A stretch of DNA of 63,805 nucleotides, counting the filler, from Reticulomyxa filosa (Eukaryota; Protista; Foraminifera): the NCBI GenBank assembly GCA_000512085.1. It is 19 parts of 19 records of this genome, joined end to end, with 100 filler letters (N's around TTAATTAATTAA, not from the genome) between each part and the next. Parts side by side here need not be neighbours in the genome. Positions count along the whole stretch, not along the records: positions 51,183 to 52,278 come from ASPP01002439.1; positions 52,379 to 54,078 come from ASPP01046326.1; positions 54,179 to 56,082 come from ASPP01033983.1; positions 56,183 to 59,394 come from ASPP01008815.1; positions 59,495 to 61,133 come from ASPP01007072.1; positions 61,234 to 62,705 come from ASPP01018009.1; positions 62,806 to 63,805 come from ASPP01038154.1; 12 more parts are not named here. One strand, 5' to 3'. Position 1 is the first letter of the stretch. The number at the start of each line of letters is the position of its first letter. The position numbers and the translations under genes are program-made. The notes beneath the pieces were generated by a model. The model saw only the letters and a list, made by a program, of their open reading frames with translations. It was not told the origin of the DNA and did not search any database. Below are positions 51,183 to 62,985 of this stretch, piece after piece.

Positions 51183-52278
51183 CAATCCATTTTTGAACAC
51201 TCAAGTTACTCCACGTGTTTGCATTCGTCATCAATGTCACTTGATTTCCATATGTTATCATTTGTACTATAAAATGTTATGCATATCCATTCACATAATT
51301 TTGGAATACGTTTTGAACCAAATTCACATAGGATTGCATGAATACCAATCCCCAATCATTGCTGTTGTTTCAATTGCAATTTTACATTTCCATAGCTTGC
51401 TTGTTGTTTCAATATAATAGACGATATCATCACGTTTTTGAGTTATTGTTTTGCCAATAAATGAATTATCGTCCATCTCAATGTATACACCATATTCTAA
51501 TGTGTTACTACTCACATTACTATAACTCATTGTTATCAAATCTCCATCAATCATGTTATGCATTTCCAGTGTCTTCACTTTCTACACTTTTGTCTATACA
51601 TACTTGCGACGAAATTGATGTTTGATATGCTTCCACTGCTTCTCTTTATATCAATAATTGAAGGGCCAATGTTACTTGTGAAACTACTTATTTCAATCAT
51701 TAATGCACTGTCTATCACACGCAAACAACAGTATCATACCAGCAATATTATCAAGGCTTTTGATTACAACCAGTATGGTTGTTATATGAATGAAGCCATT
51801 TCTACATTATTTATAAAATTATTCTTAATTACGTTGATATTTGTTGCTACTTTGCCATTAAAGTTATTATACATAAAGGCACCTTTGTTTTGTTTGATTT
51901 GATTGTATTTAATATCTATAATTTTTCATTATAAAATCACCATCGTCGTCTGTATCGTCTTTATTGATTCTATCTTGCATAATTAAACGTCTCCGTCGGC
52001 GTCTATATCGTTATTCTTTTTTTTCTTGCATAACAACATCGCCATCGGAATCGAAAATATAATCTATAAAAAATATGCATATTACGTAAAGTACATGTAC
52101 ACACACACACGTATATAAATTATTTGAGAAAAAAGAAGGGGATGGGTATACGTTGTTGTGGCTGGGACCACTGTGGTAGCATCCATTGTTGTTGTTTTTG
52201 TTGTGGCTGTTGCATCAGCCGTGGCTGCGACTGCGATTGTATTTGTTGTTGTTGTCTTTGTTGTTGTCTTTGTTGTTT
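51183..52278 (-). CDS. Fragment of Asn/Ile-rich, possibly beta-helical extracellular protein with Gln-rich segment; frameshifted
   Basis: Coding-like minus-strand segments (NKGAFMYNNFNGKV..., KTLEMHNMIDGDLITMSY...) and CAA-rich repeats at 52150-52278. Confidence 0.35.
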
Positions 52279-53214
52279 NNNNNNNNNNNNNNNNNNNNNN
52301 NNNNNNNNNNNNNNNNNNNNNNTTAATTAATTAANNNNNNNNNNNNNNNNNNNNNNNNNNNNNNNNNNNNNNNNNNNNTCTTCTCTTCCATCTTCTCATT
52401 TTTCTTTGACTTAAAAACATTTATCATAGTGATCAAGAATCAACATACACAGTTTTGTTTTGTACAACATCTCATATTCGAATTGTTTTATCTTTGATAA
52501 GAGAGACAATCTTAGAGCTATACTACTGAAAATACTACGTACTCTGTAATACTTTCATAAATGAAAACATTGTCTATATTTTAATATCAGTTTTTATAAC
52601 GATGCCTTTTAATTTGTATTTAAAGAAAGTAAAAAACATATTTGAAAATAAGAGACCATCTTAATTTGACATTTGAAATTTTAAATATTGCGTTTGCCAA
52701 CAAAAACTTGCCCAATTCGTGTGTATAGTCCTCAAAACCCAAAAGCGTTCAAAGAGAAGAAACAAGCATGAAGCGTTAATTCTCCAGGAATAATGCATCA
52801 CGTGCTGTAATTGCGTTCTTTTTTAAAAAAATAAACTCTACGTTAAGGGCCCTACATGAAAAAAAACAATTAATTTTCATTAGTTTGTACGGGATAATTG
52901 TTGTTATTGAACATTTATTCTTCTCAAGATGCAATTCGGTAAAGGAAATGGTTTCTTTTATGTCCTTCATTGTCAACAAAAGAGTTTTTTGTCAAAAAAA
53001 AACTGTACGTAAAAAAAAAAGGTACACAAAGAATTCAAAGTATGTCAAAAGTTTTCCTAAAAATTCATCAAATAGAAAAACTGCTGTTTCTTCCAAAAAT
53101 ACTCTACCTTAGTGTTTTTTTATCTCAAAAATCTTACATATCCTTGGAAAAGATAAGCTATTTGAAAAAGCAATATAATATATTTTAATAGACAAAGCGA
53201 AATGCAATGGAGGA

Positions 53215-54078
53215 ATGCAAAACCACAACAATGTAAATGAAGGAGACAGAAAATATACAAAGGAAATAAAAACATTAGTTCGACTATTTGGAGATTCCAT
53301 CAGCAGAGAAGAGTTACAACAGAAGATAGAACACCATGATGGAAACATTGAATTGGTGATCAAAGATCTTGTTCAACAATCAGTTGAAAAAGAGGTATTA
53401 AAATAATAAAATAACCTTGAATAATATAAATTGGCTTTAACATACAAAACAAAAAAAGGACAACTTAGAAGTAGAAAGCAAAACCAATGAATTGGAAAAT
53501 ACAGAACAGGTAATGAAGCTATTTTGTTTTCATGGTATTCATTTCATCTTTTTTCCTTGTTGAAACAATAAACAGAAACAAGAGCAAGGAGATATAGTGA
53601 ATACAGTCAATGGCAATAACAAAAGCATACAAAAAGAAATGGAGAAAACAGAAATTGGAGAGATAAAACCAGGAATTAATTTGCAGGGATATTGCAGTAA
53701 TGAAAGCTGTTTGGCATCAAAGGCAAAATTAGCAGTATGGGTGAATATTGGATTTGAGAATATAAGATTTATATCAGATAAGACATCATTGAATTGTCCA
53801 GATTGTAAAAAAGAAACAGTAACATATATTATAAAAGCAATGTTTTATAATTCAGAATATTCAATTAATATAAATAATGATATAAAAACAATAAAAGATA
53901 ATAATTATGAAAGTATATATTCAATAAAAGAAGGAATAATATATGAATTAAAAGCAAATAAGATTAAACAACATGCAAAAAGTATAGAAGATTTAAGAGA
54001 AAGAAGTGAAAAAGCAATGAATAGTATAGAAATAAAGAATTTAATAATAGAATTACAAAAATATGAAATAACAGTTGT
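53215..54078 (+). CDS. Expanded-family protein: N-terminal CUE/UBA-like helical domain + Cys4 zinc-binding domain, 5' part (3 exons)
   Basis: IKTLVRLFGDSISREELQQKIEHHDGNIELVIKDL is CUE/UBA-like. The Cys motif is GINLQGYCSNESC...VWVNIGF...CPDC. Confidence 0.65.
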
Positions 54079-54178
54079 NNNNNNNNNNNNNNNNNNNNNN
54101 NNNNNNNNNNNNNNNNNNNNNNTTAATTAATTAANNNNNNNNNNNNNNNNNNNNNNNNNNNNNNNNNNNNNNNNNNNN

Positions 54179-55240
54179 TGTATAATAAACTATTCAAAGA
54201 TAAACTTGGACGAATCCTTTGTACGACCATAATGACACTTTATCCAAACTTGTTTGCATTAATTCCAATTGTCGTTCCATTTCCTTTTCGTCACTAGTGT
54301 AAATAGATGTCCACAATGTAACATTGCATGCAAATATCCCACATTGAATTGGATCTTGAACTGAATACAAAATATAGTTGATGTACAACAGGAATAACGG
54401 TGATAATAATAATGACTTTTGTGGTACACCTACTTTAAATTTTCTTTCAATGGTCCAATTCGGTCTTTGAGGAAACTATTCAACCACCAATACATTCTTC
54501 ATTTCAATCCAAATTCTTTTCTCATCTTGTTACGTAATCCACCTCTCCACACTGAAGAGATGTTCAGTAACACTGTATATGATACCCCATTATTGAATAA
54601 TGAATAAATTAATTAGCCATTCGTAACAATTAGGATGTGTTGTGTTTTACCAACTCCAGATAACAATGAAATTGGTCTGTAATTCTTGCAGACGATGTGA
54701 TTTCGATCTGGTTTTGGAATTGGAACAATATTCGCTCTTTTCCATAATCTTGGAGCATGTTCAATCTTGAAGCTCCAATTAAATAATATCACCAAAGAAT
54801 CAATCATATATTATCCTCCATTTTTGCTTGTGCTTTGTGGGATGAAATATATCTCAATGTATCGATTACTACTTCTTCAGTGATATTCATCCATAATGTA
54901 TAATCTTTCATTACTTCATCTTCCACCAATTGATAATGCTCTTTCGTTTCTTCGTCATAGTTTAACGTGGAGGCTGAGAAACTGTGATACCAACATTTCT
55001 GCTTTTTCTTGATCTGTCTTTGCAATATGTCCAGTTGTTGGTTCCACCAATATTATCTTCTTTCAATAATTCGATACTCTTGATTAAATATTCTTGTTTT
55101 TCCTTTTTAATTGCATTGATGCTCTTTTGTATTTCTTATAATTTGTCTCAGTTCTGCACTTTACATACTCCCTTTTCAATCTATGGACTTGTTTCCTTTT
55201 ACTGTGAATCACACCAAGGTTTGTTTCCTTTCAAAAAAAA
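54179..55240 (-). mobile_element. Degenerate non-LTR retrotransposon reverse transcriptase
   Basis: WKRANIVPIPKP..KNYRPISLLSGVGK; GVPQKS..SPLFLLYIN; QCGIFACNVTLWTS, where the catalytic F/YADD has decayed to FACN. Many stops and deletions. Confidence 0.88.
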
Positions 55241-55249
55241 ATAATACTA

Positions 55250-56040
55250 TATCAGATCATCGTGACGATCTGACACGTTCTAAGTAAAAACTCGTTGGAA
55301 CAGGTTTGAAACTTCAAGATACTTCAGTATCTCAAAAAGATCAAACTCGGACAATTGAGCCAACCAAGCAAAATAAAAAGTGTCAACTAGAAAAGGTATT
55401 CACATTTGTAGATCAATTGAATATTGTCGTAAATCAAAAAACTCCAATTAAATTGTCACGATACCTTCGAAAAAATATTGAAAATGACGTATACGTCCAC
55501 AATCACAAAGGCTAACGAATTAGTGTTACGCCTTAACAGAAACAGTAATGTGGATAAAGTTCAAGACACTGAATAATATTAATGCAGCAGTATCAGGCAA
55601 ACACATCATTTGTCATGTGTCAGATAGCGAATTCAAGTGAAAGAAATTTGTCCTGAAAAAGATATTGCTGATATTCAATCAGAATTGGAGAATGAAGGTC
55701 ATGCGATCAGAACAGTTTATCGTTCGAAGAAATCGCAAACAGTCATTAATATACATTACAAGTCTATAGATCAAGCCAAGCAGTGAAGAAACATGCAAAA
55801 TTGAGTATTGGTTTCACCCATGCGACTATTATAAATAACAATATCAAAATGTTGTTGATGAGAAACAACACAAAAATGAAATTTTGGACCCAAATACAGC
55901 AATAAAATTGGATAGATTAACATTCCAAGATCATTTACGAAACACAATGACATATTGGAGCTGCAGTATTCAAGATATTCGAAAACTGCTTCATTCAGGC
56001 GATATTAGGATACAAACGGCCACAAGAACATTGAAGAAAC
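55250..56040 (+). mobile_element. Possible degenerate retroelement ORF1/gag-like remnant
   Basis: Broken frames including KEICPEKDIADIQSELENEGHAIRTVYRSKKSQTV, which resembles LINE ORF1 pre-zinc-knuckle regions. Adjacent to the RT remnant. Confidence 0.3.
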
Positions 56041-56229
56041 TTATTTTTGTTTTTTGTAATGTTGTTTGTTGTTTACTTTTTGNNNNNNNNNNNNNNNNNN
56101 NNNNNNNNNNNNNNNNNNNNNNNNNNTTAATTAATTAANNNNNNNNNNNNNNNNNNNNNNNNNNNNNNNNNNNNNNNNNNNNAAAAAAAAAAAAAAAAAA
56201 AAAAAAATTATTAAAAAAAAAAAAATCAG

Positions 56230-56907
56230 TTGACAGCACCTAAAGGTCACTTTGGAAAAACCCATGTTGCAAAATTTATTTGCAGCTACTTATCAAGAGA
56301 TTTTAGTGGCAGTGATCGAACATTTAGTGGTGGTGTAAAATATTTGGATTTTGATAATCTAAAACAAAATTGGAACAAGTGCTTTGAGGAGTTGGAGAAA
56401 TCAATGATAACAAACATTATTAATCACAAGATGCTATTCGTAATTGATCATGTAGACAAAATCATCCCACATAATGATATTGGAGCCATGACCGAATTTG
56501 TAAAAACGCTCAATCGATGTCTCTCAAAAGCACGTAGAGGTCTCAAAGCTCTTTTGGTTATGCGGGAACAATGGGTTGTTACCTTTGATCTGATTCAACG
56601 TCGTCAGGCTCATAACAACTATCAAAAATACTATCTGGTGCCAGTTACACCTTCGGAAATATTTGAATATGCCGAACTTTTATTACAGCGTGCCTCCAAA
56701 TCCAATGCGCTTTCATCGTTGAATGCATTGAAACAAAAGCCCATCCCAGAGTTGATGAACATGTTTGCAAAAGCACCACAATTGGTCCATCTCTTGGTCA
56801 AAATTCAAGACGATCTTTTCACTCTTTATGGCATTCCTGAATTGTACCAGTCCAGTATGCATTCCAAAAATTCATTTTTACTTCCATATCACTCGGCGAA
56901 TTCGTAA
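56230..56907 (+). CDS. STAND/NB-ARC-like P-loop NTPase exon
   Basis: Variant Walker A LTAPKGHFGKT, FSGGVKYLDF strand, Walker B MLFVIDHVD, and LKALLVMRE (sensor-1-like). Confidence 0.55.
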   Translation: MTAPKGHFGKTHVAKFICSYLSRDFSGSDRTFSGGVKYLDFDNLKQNWNKCFEELEKSMITNIINHKMLFVIDHVDKIIPHNDIGAMTEFVKTLNRCLSKARRGLKALLVMREQWVVTFDLIQRRQAHNNYQKYYLVPVTPSEIFEYAELLLQRASKSNALSSLNALKQKPIPELMNMFAKAPQLVHLLVKIQDDLFTLYGIPELYQSSMHSKNSFLLPYHSANS

Positions 56908-57520
56908 GTCAGCTTCAACAAATCTCAAAACCTTATTCTCAAATGTAGATTTCCACCTTTTTTTTCCAATTTGTTCGAAAATGATTTCACTTAAATAATT
57001 TTGATTATACCTCTTTTCTTGGCCGATTACATTGTTCTTTTTTTTTTTAATATTTATTATTTTTCCTGGAAATTGCTGGACCAAAAAAAATTTGATAAGA
57101 AAACTAAATTTATGTTTAATAAAGCGTTTCCTTAACAATAAGAAATGTTTACTTCGTTATGTTATCAACATCTCACAATCGAATCACCGTATTCGGTCAC
57201 ATGAATATTAACGTGCACATAAATTTGGATAAAACTTTTCCTGAAATTAAGAGACTGGCTCCCCAACGGAAAAATAAAGGACCGATAAAATTTCACTCTT
57301 TTGATTTTCTTCTTAAAAAAAGTCTTGCTGAAACAGCAAATTAAGAAAATATGGCATTAAAAAAAAATGCTAACAAGGCATTTGATTTCGGAACATTATC
57401 ATTAAAAGCAGAAAAAAAATTTGAACATCTTTTGATATTGGTTATTATATTTTACAAAAAAAAAAAACAATGACCAAAATAGGTTTTTTGGGGGAAAAAA
57501 AAATCGCGAAACAGAAACTA

Positions 57521-59366
57521 TTAAAAAGTGAAGAAGAAAACAGACAAAAGCAAAGAAAATATAGAAAATGCGTGCGTAGTCACAGCGCCCTTGGTTGCAG
57601 TATTTTCTGTAGGAGAAACACCTAGTACAAAACAAGCCAAAAAAAAAAAAAAGAATTAAATTTGTTTGAAAGAACATAAAATTTTGAAAGGGAAAACAAA
57701 ACAAAGCAAAACAAACCCTCATGTTCGGAAGTGATCAAGACATCATCGACATCATAATAAGTGATTCCCTTATAAGAATAAGCAGCACTGCATCCGGAGC
57801 AAGAAGTGACATTAACTTCGTAAATGAAAGCGGTGCTAATGTCCCAAAGTTGCATGGACTTGAATCCGTAGTACGCATCGAAGCAAGCATAATAGCGCGT
57901 ATTGGTATTGTAGCAGGCCAAGTTGACGACGCGAAGATAGAGATATTCTCCGTCAAAGTACCAAGCAGGACCAACGCCCCCAGTTTTGTAGCAAAAGTCG
58001 TACCAGTGCTTGGTGGAGCAATTCATGGCATCGGGTTCAAGAAGGTCTTCAGTGGGCGTAAGCACCACATCTTTGGAAGCGGCCATATCGATATAAGGAT
58101 ATATGGCCTGTCCCCACCAGTTGGACTTGGCTCTCACAGTGAAGCGTGCCTGACTAGGATAGCGAATGGCCAAGACAACAAAGTGGCGAGGAGCGATTTG
58201 AATATCGGGTCCGATATTGAAGTACGAAGGGGGTCCCCAGACCGGTCTCCAGTACCAGCCAATGTTGGAATGTCCAGCGACGCCAGGCCACGGCGACAGA
58301 GGAATGGCACGCAGATCCTCCCATTGGGACACATAGCCAACGGTATAGCCAGCATTTTGATCAGTGCAAGTGAAGTTGGACGGGGACAAAGGATTGCTAT
58401 TATCGCACCCATCCATGAGTCCAGGGATGTACAGATCAGCAAAGGCGATGACACGTGCCGAGGTCCAATCGCATCGCCACACGTTCCATTGCAGCAATTC
58501 GCACCCTCCAGTGGTCAAGTTCCACCAATTGCGATGACTGCCAATGATCGACTTGCGATTGGTATTGCTCAAGTCCCGTCGTTATCATACACAGCCGCAA
58601 TGCGACTACTCATCGTCTCTCGTGAGTTGCACGAGGAGCCGCAGTTGTCGATATGCAAGCGTATGTCCATGTCCACATTTTCAAAGTTCAGCTCCCTGAT
58701 GGAGTTGATCCCTTGCGGGATGTAGTGATCACTGTGTGTCATATACAAGATCACGGCGTCGTCACTGGCCTTTCCAAAGTTGCGCCAAGTGATATTCGAC
58801 AACATTGTCTTCACCCACGTGTCATAAAATTGGAACCCTTGGCGAGGCTGCCAACGGTACTCCTGTTGCCAACTGCCATTGTAATTGTTCGTGCGTCCCA
58901 CCACCAGACCAATGTCGAACCCGCTTTCGCCAAACATCACCGCCGATCGCAGATTGTCGTGCGATTCGTAATAACGGATCACCATGCGCTCTCCCCAATG
59001 ATTCAATCCACGATTGCATAGCCACGTCTTTGTGTTCGTAAAGTACATCCACGCACTCGTCCCGTTCGAGTATTGCGTGTCTCGTGAAAAGCGCCCACTG
59101 TGGTATTGCAACTTCCCATTGTTCAAATATGCCAAATACGCGCCGACATACATGCAACCCCCGTCCGTCTCCCAGTAGTATCCACTGCTGTGCGCCGTGT
59201 TTCCATCAAACGCCCCGTACGATGGGAATGGCCGGTTCATTGGGTTGTTCGAGCCCCAGTCCAGTCCTCGGAAGTCTTGAATTGGGTCGGGCAAATTCGG
59301 AAATGCAAAGCCCGACCAGCCGCCGCTGGCCGCATTGCCAATGAAATAGTTGAAAGCATTTGAAAC
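57521..59366 (-). CDS. G8-domain/TMEM2-CEMIP-like beta-helix protein, C-terminal part, probably GPI-anchored
   Basis: SNAFNYFIGNAASGGWSGFAFPNLP, FDGNTAHSSGYYW, QGFQFYDTWVKTML and MTHSDHYIPQGI. The last exon ends ATKGAVTTHAFSIFSLLLSVFFFTF*. One frameshift near 58570. Confidence 0.7.
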
Positions 59367-59494
59367 CTTTCATTTTACAAAAAAAAAAAAATAANNNNNN
59401 NNNNNNNNNNNNNNNNNNNNNNNNNNNNNNNNNNNNNNTTAATTAATTAANNNNNNNNNNNNNNNNNNNNNNNNNNNNNNNNNNNNNNNNNNNN

Positions 59495-59568
59495 GTGGAG
59501 AACAAGTCGTCACCGCCGGCGTCCATCTGCTGCGCGATGGTCAGCGTGTCGTCCTGCTGGCCAACTAA
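59495..59568 (+). CDS. Bacterial RND periplasmic adaptor (MFP), last codons
   Basis: GEQVVTAGVHLLRDGQRVVLLAN* is a typical MFP C-terminus, 11 nt upstream of the permease. Confidence 0.8.
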
Positions 59569-59572
59569 GGGC

Positions 59573-59576
59573 GGAG
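59573..59576 (+). promoter_or_regulatory. Shine-Dalgarno (GGAG) of the RND permease
   Basis: ggcGGAGatcATG; spacing is short. Confidence 0.55.
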
Positions 59577-59579
59577 ATC

Positions 59580-61133
59580 ATGAAACATCCACTGAACCTG
59601 TCCGAATGGGCCATCCGTAACAGCTCGCTGGTGCGCTACCTGATGGTGGTGCTGATGCTGGCGGGCGTGTTTGCCTACACCCAGCTGGGTCAAAAGGAAG
59701 ACCCGGAATTCACCTTCAAGGCCATGATGGTGCGCGTACTGTGGCCCGGCGCCACAGCACAGGAAACCGAGCAGCAAGTCACCGCGCGCATCGAAAAGAA
59801 GCTGCAGGAAATGGGCGAGCTGGAATACGTCAAAAGCTACACCAAGCCCGGTGAAGCGCTGCTGATTCTGTCTATCCGCGAAGACGTCCCGCCCAAGGAC
59901 GTGCAACAGCTGTGGTACACCGCGCGCAAAAAAATGGCGATATCAAACACACCCTGCCCGGTGATATCCGCGGGCCGTTCTTTAACGACGAGTTCGGCGA
60001 TACCTTCGGCAACCTGTATGCCTTTACCGGTGACGGTTTCAGCTACGAAGATGTACGCAAATACGTCGAGCAGGCACGCCAGGAAATCCTGCGTGTGCCG
60101 GATGTGGGCAAGGTCGACATCATCGGCGAGCAAGAAGAGCGCATCTACGTCACGCTCAATACCGCCAAGCTCTCCGCCCTGCAACTGGACAGCAACATCA
60201 TCTGGAACGCGCTGGCCAGTCAGAACAGCGTGACCCCGGCAGGCAATTACGACACCGCCAGCGACCGCATCTGGGTACGTGTCAGCGGCAGCTACAACTC
60301 GGTAGAAGCAATTGCCGCCACCCCGATCAGCAGCGGCGGCAAAACCTTCCGTCTGGGCGACATTGCCAAGGTCAGCCGCGAGTTTGTGAACCCGCCCACG
60401 TTCGGTATGCGCTTTGACGGGCAACCGGCGGTGGGGCTGGCCATCAGCATGAAAAAAGGCGGCGACGTGCTGAAGCTGGGCAACAACCTGCAGCTGCTGA
60501 TGGACGAAGTCAAAGCCAAGCTGCCGGTCGGCATTGAGGTCCATGCCGTATCCGACCAGCCCAAAGTGGTGAAAACCGCCGTCAACGAGTTCATGCGCTC
60601 GCTGATCGAAGCCGTCGTCATCGTGCTGGCCGTTAGCTTCTTCAGCCTGGGCGTACGTACCGGCATCGTGGTGGCGCTGTCCATCCCGTTGGTGCTGGCC
60701 ATGACCTTCCTGGCGATGTACTTTTTCAATATCGACCTGCAACGCATCTCGCTCGGCTCGCTGATCATCGCACTGGGCCTGCTGGTGGACGACGCCATCA
60801 TCGCGGTAGAAATGATGGCGCTGAAACTGGAACAAGGCTGGAACAAGTTCCAGGCCGCCACCTACGCCTACACCAGCACCGCGTTTCCGATGCTGACCGG
60901 CACGCTGATTACCGCGGCCACCTTCCTGCCGGTGGGCATTGCCAAGTCCAACGCTGGCGAATACGTGTTCAGCCTGTTCTCGGTAGTCAGCATCGCGCTG
61001 ATCCTGTCCTGGATCGTCGCAGTAATCTTCACCCCCTACCTGGGTTACCGCCTGTTGCCGGAAAACATGGCGGCACACAGCCACGGTGATGTGTACCAGA
61101 AACCGTTCTATGTCCGTTTCCGCCGTGCCGTGG
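59580..61133 (+). CDS. Bacterial RND efflux permease, AcrB/AcrD/AcrF family, MexK/TriC-like (5' half; frameshift at ~59936)
   Basis: NLSEWAI, LGQKEDPEFTFKAM, WPGATA, GPFFNDEFGD, LGLLVDDAIIAVEMM and TAFPMLTGTL. High GC, no introns. Confidence 0.95.
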
Positions 61134-61233
61134 NNNNNNNNNNNNNNNNNNNNNNNNNNNNNNNNNNNNNNNNNNNNTTAATTAATTAANNNNNNNNNNN
61201 NNNNNNNNNNNNNNNNNNNNNNNNNNNNNNNNN

Positions 61234-62084
61234 AAAGACAAACGGAAGTACTGTATCCAGCAACAATAGCAATGGTAAAAATTTTTTCATAAAGATTAGC
61301 CCAGCTACGATCTTTGACAATCAAAATACACAAGACGTACGTCAGTACGGCAAAGCCAATGGTCCAAATCGTGTTTAGGAACCAGACAATAACATATGCT
61401 ATTGAGTATTCCAACTCTCCGCTTTGCAAAAGTTTTCGCATCAATTTTCCGTGATATTCGAACATGACACCAGCCAGCCATAAAGTCACCGTGATACATA
61501 CATCAAACCAATCGGTTCGAAAATACGAGTCTTTATTGAAATACAAGTATGGCAACGTAGTTAAACCTAGAAATATCGGTAAATAGCATTTTGTACACAC
61601 TTGAGCGCATGTAGACACTTTTTCCAATGCAGTGTTTCCCTTTTCTTTTCGTGGGACTCTTCGTACCACGATTCTATCCATTGTAATACTGTACATTCAC
61701 TAATTCACCACCCTTTATGATTATATTTTTTTTTTTTAGATAACATGCATAGAAAACGTATATATATACTTTGACGTATAAAAAAAAATATAAACAATGA
61801 TTAAAAAAAAAAAATTAAACTAATTTTGCCACCACCAATGGCTCCAAAAAAGATAGTGGAAAATCCCAATCGGACGTCCACATGAACAACACTGCTTGCG
61901 CGCTTTCGAGAGCAGCAATAGCAATCACTTCCACAAAACAGTTAAGCATTGAAAATGCCTCAATTATTCCCACCGCCACACCAAAACCGTACATAATCCA
62001 GAAAATTTCATGATCGCCCTTGCTTTGATAGTATATGGCAAAAATGTCTTCCACCAGCCCACTTGCCATTTTGATCATACTCAA
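61234..62084 (-). CDS. Multi-pass membrane protein, 5' part (2 exons)
   Basis: Hydrophobic ORFs 61815-62084 and 61234-61696 separated by an A/T-run intron. Confidence 0.55.
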
Positions 62085-62985
62085 TACTCAATTATTTTGA
62101 ACTACTTTTTTTTGGCTTTGTAAACAATGAGTCAATATTCATTTGGCACAAACTTATTTTGATACAATCAAAGATCCAAATCTGACAATACTTTTTGAAT
62201 TTTTTTTTTTAAAGAGACGAAACAACAACGAACGAGGAGAATCTAAAAAAAAAAATTCAAAAAAAGTTGACCTGATTTTTTAAAACAAAACAGTATTTTA
62301 AAATAATTTTTATTTTATTTCTCTCTCAAAATGCTTGTAAACAATTGAATTTTTATTCAAAGAAAGCGCCAATTATAGACAGCGAATTGAAAGTGATCAA
62401 AAAAGATCTTACGCGTCAACAAAAAAAACAAGTCAAACAATTTTTTATTACTTGTCCATATTTTCATTCAATAATCACATCACAAGTATGCAAAACGATC
62501 GTCTGCTGAAATAGTGTAATGCCGATCAAAGATATTGCAAATATATCGATCACTCATATTGACAGAGTGATATCTTGGTGATTATATTGAAAAATACACT
62601 GCTAGCTTGCTTTTTTATTAGAAATTGTTTAATAATTTTTTCGTCTAGCAATCAACTGATTTGATTGTGCCATCATTCTGTCATTCAAAATACGTTGTCA
62701 AAAAANNNNNNNNNNNNNNNNNNNNNNNNNNNNNNNNNNNNNNNNNNNNTTAATTAATTAANNNNNNNNNNNNNNNNNNNNNNNNNNNNNNNNNNNNNNN
62801 NNNNNTTTTTTGTCAAAAAAAAAACGACGTACACACTGTTGTTGCCATATTTTCTTACTGAGAGTGTTGCTTATGAATTTTCTTGAATGTACAACAATGG
62901 AAATCAGAATTTTTTTTTTGATGGCGCAGCTGCTACTCTCCATACCCCCTCATTTCCCATTATGTGTTTTTGTGAACGGAACAGA

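Larger units (their letters stand above)
22999..62805. other. 18 artificial contig spacers (44N-TTAATTAATTAA-44N, 100 nt each) starting at 22999, 24701, 26989, 28510, 31900, 36390, 38955, 42370, 46789, 47940, 49960, 51083, 52279, 54079, 56083, 59395, 61134, 62706
   Basis: Identical structure each time. The 12-mer gives stop codons in all six frames, and genes are truncated at the spacers. Confidence 0.98.

Noticed and set aside
28610-56907. RNF213-like, STAND, WD40/Kelch and CUE genes as a physical defence cluster
   Set aside because: They lie on different contigs; proximity in this window is artificial.
57721-58725. Long antisense ORFs (57721-58725, 59837-61084, 27127-28161) as overlapping genes
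   Set aside because: They are shadows of GC-rich or repetitive sense genes and have no motifs of their own.
22999-62805. Regularly recurring TTAATTAATTAA flanked by N runs as a biological repeat or array
   Set aside because: It is a fixed 100-nt six-frame-stop linker used to concatenate contigs.
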